Shown: piece by piece, positions 56,576 through 64,000 of the stretch
How positions within the stretch are numbered: the stretch's first letter is position 1
How the letters are laid out: each line of letters begins with the position of its first letter
Source of the DNA: Candidatus Micrarchaeota archaeon
GTDB taxonomy: Archaea > Micrarchaeota > Micrarchaeia > Anstonellales > Bilamarchaeaceae
Assembly: GCA_038046765.1 (NCBI GenBank)
Contig: JBBSVN010000006.1
Coordinates: forward strand, 1-64,000
Direction: 5' to 3'
Length of the DNA stretch: 64,000 bases
The notes under the pieces: model-generated
The model's input: only the letters and a program-made list of their open reading frames with translations
What the model was told of the DNA's origin: nothing
Databases searched by the model: none
Program-made: the position numbers and the translations under genes

Positions 56576-57118
56576 GTGGTTTTATCAGTAATTTTGCAGG
56601 CATCAAGTGTTGTGTTTAAAGACATCAAATACCTTTTGCTTGCAGTTTTTTTATCTGTTTTTTTCTTTATTTCATACGTTTCAATACCTGTCTTTTCTGT
56701 TCCTGGCAATAGTTATTCTTTCTTTTTTACGATAATCCCTATAAGTGAAATTGCAATAATAATATTACTATCTATAAACGTGTCAATTTTGATTTCGATG
56801 CAGTTTTATGGATGGCGAAAAAAAATAAAGAGCAATAAAACTGCTGCAGGGTCAGGAATTGCAAGCTTTTTTTCTGCTTCAGTATCCACGATATTTAGCT
56901 CTGCAACATGTGCAAGCTGTGTTTCGGCATTATTCTCGTTTCTTGGTTTTGGTCGTGTACTATTTCTGATTGAAAAAAGGACAGAAATAATTGTAATAAG
57001 TTCTTTATTGGTTTTAGTTTCATTATACTTAAATTCTAAAAATATCATGAATAATTCTTGCAATTCTTGTAGTTCTGTAAACTGCGCAACATCCAAAGAA
57101 TTAAAAAATAAAAATTAG
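56576..57118 (+). CDS. 4-TM membrane protein with CASC motif
   Basis: ATCASC; Cys-rich tail. Confidence 0.75.
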   Translation: MVLSVILQASSVVFKDIKYLLLAVFLSVFFFISYVSIPVFSVPGNSYSFFFTIIPISEIAIIILLSINVSILISMQFYGWRKKIKSNKTAAGSGIASFFSASVSTIFSSATCASCVSALFSFLGFGRVLFLIEKRTEIIVISSLLVLVSLYLNSKNIMNNSCNSCSSVNCATSKELKNKN

Positions 57119-57131
57119 AAGGTGTGAAAAA

Positions 57132-57539
57132 ATGACCAATAAATCTATTTTACTAGGAATCTTCTTTATCTTTGCAATCGTAATTGTATACCTGGTTTTT
57201 GCCACCAATACTCAACCGCAACAAGATAGTTTAGTTCAAAAGGCTGAATCTACACCGATTACTAGTTCTTCCGTTCAGGATGTTTATCTTAAGGCTCTTG
57301 GAACTGGTTTATACGATAAAAAAGAGCTTACTGTAAAAAAAGGAGTACTAGTAAGATTGCATTTTACTGCAGAACCTGATTCTGCCTGTGGCAGAGCGTT
57401 AATTTTAAGAAATTTTGGAGTAAATTTACTATCAAAAAATGGAGACGAAGCAATAGCTGAATTTACACCTGAAAAAGAAGGAGTTTATGAATATTCTTGT
57501 CCAATGGGCATGTTTCGTGGTAAATTAATTGTAAACTAA
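57132..57539 (+). CDS. Membrane-anchored cupredoxin (paralog of 39827..40288)
   Basis: VKKGVLVRLHF, ACGR, FTP...YSCPMGM. Confidence 0.85.
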   Translation: MTNKSILLGIFFIFAIVIVYLVFATNTQPQQDSLVQKAESTPITSSSVQDVYLKALGTGLYDKKELTVKKGVLVRLHFTAEPDSACGRALILRNFGVNLLSKNGDEAIAEFTPEKEGVYEYSCPMGMFRGKLIVN

Positions 57540-57554
57540 TTAAAGGATGAGTCT

Positions 57555-59174
57555 ATGGGAGAAAAAATATCAAATAATCTTTTATCAATCTTCATTTTGC
57601 TTTTTCTAATATTAGGGGGGTGTCTATCCTCGAATCAAAAGGCATATAAAATAACTGAAAAAGCTGATACAAGCAACATTTCAAATGACTCAATTCAGGA
57701 AAGAGAAGCCCAAAATGTTGATCTAAATAGATCGATAATTGGTCTTGAAAAAGTTCAAGGTAGCCAGTTTAATGAAGTTTTAAATGGTTCTGTGTTTGAT
57801 CTTAAAGCAGCTCCAGTTTTTTTACCTTTAAGTAGTGGATCAATTCGAGCATACGCTTACAACACTCAAATTCCAGGTCCAATAATTAAGGTAAAACAGG
57901 GAAGTACTATCTACGTTAATTTTACTAATAATTTAGATGCTCCAACAACTGTTCACTGGCATGGTATAAGATTGGAAAATAAATATGATGGAGTACCGGA
58001 CATTACACAAGCAGCAGTTGCACCGGGCGAAAGTTTTCTTTATAAACTAGATTTTCCTGATGAAGGATTTTATTGGTATCATCCCCATATAAGAGAGGAT
58101 ATACAACAGGAACTTGGCCTTTATGGTTCGATAATGGTAGAGCCTAGAAATTCTACTTATTACAATATTGTAGATGAAGAAAAAATAATCATTCTTGATG
58201 ATATACTTTTAGATTCAAAAGATGTTTACCCCTTTAAGAAAAACTCTACAAATTTTGCGATTATGGGTCGCTTTGGTAATACTTATCTAATAAATGGCAA
58301 AATCAACTACTCTCTAAATGTAAAAAAAGGAGAAGTAATCCGGTTTTTCATCCTCAATACTGCGAACGTACGTCCCTTTAATTTGTCTTTTGAAAACATC
58401 TCCTTAAAAATAATTGGTAGCGACAGTGGTAAGTATGAAAAGGAATTTTTTGCAGATTCGATCATAATAAACCCATCTGAAAGGTATATCTTTGAGGTTC
58501 TATTCAATAAATCCGGTGAACTTGCCATTTTTAATATCAATCCAAAGGAGAAGAATGTTTTAGGCAAAATAAATGTTCAGGATGGCTTCGGGGAAGTAGA
58601 TCAACTTACATTTTCAAAGCTTCGAGAAAACAAAGACATTTCCCAAAGCATTTTGCCTTATATCCAATATTTTAATAAAACACCTGACTTTAATTATACT
58701 TTGGATATTGAAATACCTGGGTCAATTCCATTGGATGATATCACCAGAAGTTTATTAGATAAGAGTGAAGACGGAATCGAATGGACTGATGCTATGCCAG
58801 GCATGAATAAATTTTCCAGTTCTGATCGTTTGACCTGGCTAATCAAGGACAACAACACTAAACAAATTAACATGAACGCATCAAGATATGTTCCTACATC
58901 AAAGGTAATTAAAGTAAAGATATACAATGATGATCAAAACTCCATACACCCAATGCAGCACGTTATCCATATTCATGGTACGCGGTTTTTAGTCCTTAAA
59001 AATAATGATCAAATAAATCAAAATCTCGTTTGGAAAGACTCATTACTTATTCCAAGCGGCGGATCAGTTGAACTGCTTTTGGATTTCCCAAATGAAGGGG
59101 AGTGGATGATGCACTGTCACATAGCCGAACATCTTGAATCTGGCATGATGACTAGTTTTAAGGTGTCAAAATGA
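57555..59174 (+). CDS. Three-domain multicopper oxidase (laccase/CueO-like lipoprotein)
   Basis: HWHG, WYHPH, HVIHIHG and HCHIAEHLESGM motifs. Confidence 0.95.
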   Translation: MGEKISNNLLSIFILLFLILGGCLSSNQKAYKITEKADTSNISNDSIQEREAQNVDLNRSIIGLEKVQGSQFNEVLNGSVFDLKAAPVFLPLSSGSIRAYAYNTQIPGPIIKVKQGSTIYVNFTNNLDAPTTVHWHGIRLENKYDGVPDITQAAVAPGESFLYKLDFPDEGFYWYHPHIREDIQQELGLYGSIMVEPRNSTYYNIVDEEKIIILDDILLDSKDVYPFKKNSTNFAIMGRFGNTYLINGKINYSLNVKKGEVIRFFILNTANVRPFNLSFENISLKIIGSDSGKYEKEFFADSIIINPSERYIFEVLFNKSGELAIFNINPKEKNVLGKINVQDGFGEVDQLTFSKLRENKDISQSILPYIQYFNKTPDFNYTLDIEIPGSIPLDDITRSLLDKSEDGIEWTDAMPGMNKFSSSDRLTWLIKDNNTKQINMNASRYVPTSKVIKVKIYNDDQNSIHPMQHVIHIHGTRFLVLKNNDQINQNLVWKDSLLIPSGGSVELLLDFPNEGEWMMHCHIAEHLESGMMTSFKVSK

Positions 59175-59473
59175 CTATTGAAAATAAAAAAGAACCGATG
59201 AGAACCCGGCTCAAAAAGGACATTGTATTTTTTGTTCTGATTTTGTTCTTGTTAGGCAGTGGAATCGCCTCTTTTTTGACAATGAATCCTTATATTTCTT
59301 ATCTGCTAGTAGGATTCTTCATACTCACATTTGGGCCTTATGTTTTAGAATACTATCAGGAAAAAATGGATAAAAAGAATGGAACACAAAACTTAGGTGG
59401 AAAAATAATTGTGGAAGGCATTACGGACAAAGATGGTAAAAAAATTATTTCAATAAAAAGAAAAAGTGATTAG
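59171..59473 (+). CDS. Small 2-TM membrane protein
   Basis: Overlaps the MCO stop; hydrophobic. Confidence 0.65.
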   Translation: MTIENKKEPMRTRLKKDIVFFVLILFLLGSGIASFLTMNPYISYLLVGFFILTFGPYVLEYYQEKMDKKNGTQNLGGKIIVEGITDKDGKKIISIKRKSD

Positions 59474-59475
59474 CT

Positions 59476-59910
59476 ATGAAATTTATAAAAGCAATGATCT
59501 TTGCATTTACTGACTCGAAAGTTCGTGTCAAAGCATTCCTTTATTCTATTGGCTTATTTTTATTATTTGCCATACCGACCGCTCTTTTATCTAATCCAAT
59601 AATTCCTTATGTAAGGATGATTCCTGCAACACCCTTAGATTACATTTTTCTTGTTGCAACATCCATTTTATCTGCTGTTTATATTCTACTTCCGGAAAAT
59701 AAAATTTGCACACCTGACAAAAGTGCTTTTGGAGGGGGAGTCTTAGGTTTCATTGCTTTTAGTTGTCCTACTTGTAATCGACTTCTCGTTCTTTTGTTTG
59801 GTTTTGGATTTATGTATGATATAATAAATCCTATCCGGCCGATTTTGGGGATTCTTTCAATAATAGTTTTATTACATTCGATAAATAAAAAAGCAGAAAG
59901 CTCTTTATGA
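59476..59910 (+). CDS. 4-TM membrane protein with CPTC motif (paralog of 41847..42275)
   Basis: FSCPTCNR. Confidence 0.8.
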   Translation: MKFIKAMIFAFTDSKVRVKAFLYSIGLFLLFAIPTALLSNPIIPYVRMIPATPLDYIFLVATSILSAVYILLPENKICTPDKSAFGGGVLGFIAFSCPTCNRLLVLLFGFGFMYDIINPIRPILGILSIIVLLHSINKKAESSL

Positions 59911-60102
59911 AAATGAGTTCTATGCTGGCACAAATTAATTTTTCCGATTTAGAAAAGACCAGAAAGGTTTTTCTAATTCTTGTGCTCGAAATCCAAAGTT
60001 AATTAGGTGAAGGGGCATAAGCAAACAGCGTACGTTTCTTTTTCTTTAATTTCTTTTTTATCTTCATCGCTAAATCAACAACAAAATCAGGCGTTTCTAA
60101 AA

Positions 60103-60120
60103 AGTTTTATGCATAAAACT
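60103..60120. promoter_or_regulatory. Operator candidate for the downstream DtxR-family repressor
   Basis: Perfect 18-bp palindrome AGTTTTATGCATAAAACT, 36 bp upstream of the ATG. Confidence 0.65.
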
Positions 60121-60156
60121 CAGCTTTTTAATAACTTCTGATTTTAATTATAGTTT

Positions 60157-60558
60157 ATGGAGCAGCGGACAATAGAAGATTATTGTAGAATAATTCTAAA
60201 ATTAGATAAGGGCGAAGGGGTTCGTGCTCTAGATATAAGAAAGGGCCTAAACTTATCTAAAATTACGGTGTCACTTACATTGCAAAAACTTACACACGAA
60301 AATTATATAAAAATGAAAAAATACGGCAAAGCAAAACTAGCACAGAAAGGAATTGCAATTGCAGAGAAAATGAATTTTAGGCACAGAGTAATAGAGACAT
60401 TTCTAGTAAAAGTACTTAAACAAGACAAGGAAAAAGTGCACGAAGAAGCACATAAACTCGAACATGCTTTTAGCGATTATTCAATTAATAAAATATACCA
60501 AATTCTAGGTAAACCAAAAACAGGAGTTCATGGAGAAGATATCAAAGAAGTAAACTAA
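60157..60558 (+). CDS. DtxR/MntR-family metal-dependent repressor
   Basis: IEDY, RHRVIETFL, EEAHKLEH and HGEDI motifs. Confidence 0.92.
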   Translation: MEQRTIEDYCRIILKLDKGEGVRALDIRKGLNLSKITVSLTLQKLTHENYIKMKKYGKAKLAQKGIAIAEKMNFRHRVIETFLVKVLKQDKEKVHEEAHKLEHAFSDYSINKIYQILGKPKTGVHGEDIKEVN

Positions 60559-60589
60559 CGAGAATAGAAAATTTGAAAAGGGAAAAGGA

Positions 60590-61609
60590 ATGCAAAACAA
60601 ATTTATTGTTGTATTTTTAGCATTGCTGCTTATTGGAGTAATAGGCTTAGCCTTAAGCCAAACTGAGTTAAAGCAAAAAGATTACATGGTAAGCATGTTT
60701 GGTAAAATGAAGACAAATATTGTAGGCGATTACGAAAAACCTGCAATAAATGCAACTGAATTTTTAACAACATGGAATTTTAACAACCTAGGAGAACAAG
60801 AAAGATCAAAATATTACAAAGAAACCAACCTTTCAAATGGAACAAAATTACGAGAATACTGGATATACGCAGAAGAAAAGGAACTTGAAGTAGCCCCGGG
60901 AGTTTACTATGCGGGTTGGGCATATAATGGTCAAATACCAGGACCGACAATAAGGGCTACAGAAGGAGATATAGTAAGGATTTACTTTTATAACAAAGGA
61001 AGTTACCCACATACAATGCATTTTCATGGATTTCATAAATCAGGAATGGATGGCGCTGAAGAAGAATATTTTGTAGACCCAGGTAAAAATTTCACTTATG
61101 AATTTATTGCAGACCCAGTTGGAACGCATTTATACCATTGCCATTCTACTCCACTTAAAAAGCACATTGATAAGGGATTGTACGGAATGTTCATTGTAGA
61201 TCCAGTTAATGAAACCCGCGGTAAAGCAGATAAAGAACTCATTATGGTTATGAACGCCTTTGACACCAATTTCGATGGAGAAAATGAAATTTATGCAGTT
61301 AATTCCTTACCTTTTATTTACATGAAAGAACCGATAAAAGTCAAACAAGGGGAATTAGTAAGGATCTATATTGCAAACTTAGTTGAAAATGACCCCATAA
61401 ACTCAATCCATATACATGGAAATTTCTTCTATGAATACGCAACTGGAACATTAAGTAATCCTTCAAAGTACACAGACATAATAGAACTTGGCCAGGGAGA
61501 ACGTTCAATGATAGATATTCGCTTTGCGTCAAAGGGAAGATTCATGTTCCACGCGCACCAAACTGAATTTGCAGAAAAAGGATGGAGTGGATTTTTTGAG
61601 GTCGAGTGA
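60590..61609 (+). CDS. Two-domain multicopper oxidase (type-1 Cu in domain 1)
   Basis: HTMHFHG, YHCH...HIDKGL; domain 2 IHIHG and FHAH. Confidence 0.9.
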   Translation: MQNKFIVVFLALLLIGVIGLALSQTELKQKDYMVSMFGKMKTNIVGDYEKPAINATEFLTTWNFNNLGEQERSKYYKETNLSNGTKLREYWIYAEEKELEVAPGVYYAGWAYNGQIPGPTIRATEGDIVRIYFYNKGSYPHTMHFHGFHKSGMDGAEEEYFVDPGKNFTYEFIADPVGTHLYHCHSTPLKKHIDKGLYGMFIVDPVNETRGKADKELIMVMNAFDTNFDGENEIYAVNSLPFIYMKEPIKVKQGELVRIYIANLVENDPINSIHIHGNFFYEYATGTLSNPSKYTDIIELGQGERSMIDIRFASKGRFMFHAHQTEFAEKGWSGFFEVE

Positions 61610-62796
61610 TTATGGTTCCGGAAAAAATAAAAAACACAATTTTGTTCGCTATTCCATTATTATTAATGATACTATTACTATGGGTATTTTTTGAAACAGG
61701 CCCAATCGGCGTAATAAAAGCAGGGTTTCCACCGGTTGAAAAGGTCGTAATCGAAGATGTTGAATTTAAAGAAGGTAGAATAACCGCATATGTAATAAAC
61801 GACGGACCGGACGAAGTCAAGATATCACAAATTCTCGTAAATGACGCTTACAATACGTTTAGTATTACCCCAAAGAACACTTTGGTCCATCTTGAAAAGG
61901 CTAGGATAGATTTAAGCTACCCATGGGTTTTTGCAGAACCAGTAAAAATAACATTATTAACAAGTTCCGGCACTACGTTCGACAAAGAGATAGCAGTACC
62001 ATTTATACGACCAAAAATAGATTTAGAAAGTATAAAAAATTTTGGGATCATCGGATTTTATGTTGGCGTATTACCGATACTTTTAGGATTTTTATGGTTG
62101 CCTTTTTTAAAAACTCTACACGAAAAGTGGTATCATTTTTTACTTGCATTAACAATGGGTTTGCTCGTATTTTTGGCAATTGACGCATTAGGAGGAGCGT
62201 TTGAACTAGCTCCGCAAATTGCATCTTCATTTAATGGAATCGGACTAATAACTTTAGCATTTCTTTCAACTTTACTGATTCTTTTGGGGATAAATAAGGA
62301 AAAGATTTCTGAAGATAAGAAAAATGATGCAACAAACAGAATGAAAATTGCATACATGATTGCGATTGCAATAGGAGTACACAATTTTGGAGAAGGTTTG
62401 GCAATAGGTGGAGCTTACGCACTAGGTGAAGTTTCTTTAGGAACACTTTTAATTGTCGGATTTATGGTACATAACATAACCGAAGGAATTGCAATTGTTT
62501 CGCCAGTTTCAAAAATCTATAAGGAGATTAAAGGATTTGCTCTAAAACTTATCGGTCTTGGATTAATTGCAGGCTCTCCCGCAATACTTGGAGTTTGGAT
62601 TGGAGGATTTTCTTATTCTGCAATTTTAGCATTGATATTCTTATCAATAGGAGCAGGTGCTGCAGTGCAAGTTGTTGTTGAAGTTTTTAAGCACATGAAA
62701 AGCGAATCAAAAGAACCCCTAATTAATACGACAAACGCAATTGGATTTATCTGCGGACTTTTGATAATGTATGTTACGGGATTGTTTGCTGTTTAA
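61606..62796 (+). CDS. ZIP-family metal transporter with N-terminal extracytoplasmic domain
   Basis: GVHNFGEGLAIG and HNITEG motifs. Confidence 0.9.
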   Translation: MIMVPEKIKNTILFAIPLLLMILLLWVFFETGPIGVIKAGFPPVEKVVIEDVEFKEGRITAYVINDGPDEVKISQILVNDAYNTFSITPKNTLVHLEKARIDLSYPWVFAEPVKITLLTSSGTTFDKEIAVPFIRPKIDLESIKNFGIIGFYVGVLPILLGFLWLPFLKTLHEKWYHFLLALTMGLLVFLAIDALGGAFELAPQIASSFNGIGLITLAFLSTLLILLGINKEKISEDKKNDATNRMKIAYMIAIAIGVHNFGEGLAIGGAYALGEVSLGTLLIVGFMVHNITEGIAIVSPVSKIYKEIKGFALKLIGLGLIAGSPAILGVWIGGFSYSAILALIFLSIGAGAAVQVVVEVFKHMKSESKEPLINTTNAIGFICGLLIMYVTGLFAV

Positions 62797-62862
62797 GCAA
62801 CCCAGAATGCTTTTTTGTAGAAAGCACAAAGCTTATATTCTCTTTCTAACATAATAAATAAC

Positions 62863-64000
62863 ATGTCAAGAAGACAATTACATGGTTCTGGTAGAGTAAT
62901 CGATCCACTTTCAGCCGAAGGCAGGGTAATTGCTGCAAAAATAAAAGAAAGAGAAACTCACGCGAAAGGATTAGCTGCACGGACTAAAGAAAAGCCATTA
63001 AGAGGAGAAAAACTTTTAGTCGAAGCTCCAGAAAAAGATGATGAAGCTAGAACAGTTGGTTTAGAGAAAACCACCGCAGAAGCAACCACCACAACTAGTT
63101 TAGACCATATTAAGGATTTCAAAAAATGGCTAGTTTTATACTTTGCATTAAAAGGTAATTATCGATTAACAAAAAAAGCAATTGAAGAACTTGGAAAAGA
63201 AGAGAAACAAATACAATACTTAGAATTTACTGATCATGCATACTCCAAAAGAACTGATGAAGCAATAAATCGGAAATACGAACCGACAAAAAAACAGATG
63301 GATAGAAATGCAATGGAAAAAATAACCAAAATAATGGAAGAGGGTAAAGTAGAATGGCTTTATGATAATGGATATATAGAAAAACCCAAGAGACTAGACT
63401 GGAAAGATAGAGCTACGAAAATTAGAGTAATAAAAAAATTTGTTGAATTACTTGGAAAAGAATCTATGGAGATAGCCAAAAAAGATTTTTATGGAAATGG
63501 ATTAGGCGGGTTATTAATAGAGTATTATAATGGTTCACCATATCTTGCACTTGTTGAAATTGACAAAGCTTATTCTATTGAAGGGATATTAGAACAAGCA
63601 GAAGACATGAGTTTTGGAACTACTAAGATATATCCTTGGGAAATAGCCAGAACACCATTTATCTGGGATCAGCAAGAAGTAAGAGTTGCAGCAATAAAAT
63701 GGTTAGTTTGGAAAATAAAAAACAGTGACAAACCTAGAGAGCCTAAGGAAATAACTCAGAATGATTTTAATGAAAATGGACTATCAGGATTATTGGGCAA
63801 TTATTATAATTGCTCTCCTTATTTTGCGTTTTTTGAAATTGATAAAACATATTCAGTTGAAGAGATATTAGAACAAGCTAAAACTATGAGTTTTGGAAAA
63901 GAAAAGATTTATCCTTGGGAAATGGATAACGTAAAAGTGTATGATAAAAAAGAGATTCGAATTGCAGCGATAAAATGGATGATTTGGAAAATAAAAAACA
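62863..64000 (+). CDS. Hypothetical repeat protein (runs off window)
   Basis: Not in ORF track. Open from ATG 62863; ~80-aa repeats DF..NGL.GLL..YYN.SPY.A..EIDK.YS...KIYPWE. Confidence 0.7.
   Translation, partial: MSRRQLHGSGRVIDPLSAEGRVIAAKIKERETHAKGLAARTKEKPLRGEKLLVEAPEKDDEARTVGLEKTTAEATTTTSLDHIKDFKKWLVLYFALKGNYRLTKKAIEELGKEEKQIQYLEFTDHAYSKRTDEAINRKYEPTKKQMDRNAMEKITKIMEEGKVEWLYDNGYIEKPKRLDWKDRATKIRVIKKFVELLGKESMEIAKKDFYGNGLGGLLIEYYNGSPYLALVEIDKAYSIEGILEQAEDMSFGTTKIYPWEIARTPFIWDQQEVRVAAIKWLVWKIKNSDKPREPKEITQNDFNENGLSGLLGNYYNCSPYFAFFEIDKTYSVEEILEQAKTMSFGKEKIYPWEMDNVKVYDKKEIRIAAIKWMIWKIKN

Noticed and set aside
60590..61609. nirK nitrite reductase
   Set aside because: HxH pairs in both domains and a Leu axial position fit a 2-domain MCO better; context is metal uptake.

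Overview
AT-rich archaeal chromosomal window. GatDE, AglB, archaeal RPA/DUF424, BHB-type tRNA introns and GGTGA Shine-Dalgarno sites mark it as archaeal; the many orphans suggest DPANN, possibly Micrarchaeota-like (inference). 1-18 kb: housekeeping genes (gatE/gatD, aglB, ftsZ, beta-CASP RNase, DtxR, arsC, pit/DUF47, tRNA-Leu, alkD) mixed with orphans. 18.1-29.4 kb: a defence island bounded by a 14-bp direct repeat of the 3' end of a tRNA-Glu(CTC) that carries two non-canonical introns. The island holds a type IIG R-M gene, a stand-alone CARF-HTH, YhcG, a PUA-like/PD-(D/E)xK nuclease and an MBL nuclease. It also holds the top finding: an operon of a catalytically degenerate TGT-fold protein, a TIR with an N-terminal MGGG extension and a small membrane effector, i.e. 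a candidate Thoeris-like system with type IV CBASS-like logic. An IS66-like MITE follows the island. 34-63 kb: a PvcA/Dit1 isocyanide synthase abuts a mosaic ~27-kb copper/thiol-redox/metal island (copA, copZ, cupredoxins, three CcdA-like proteins, DsbA, two multicopper oxidases, ZIP, BlaI/M56 pair, duplicated Met-rich and CxxC membrane proteins) with several visible operator arrays. All family assignments come from motifs recognised by eye; no searches were run.
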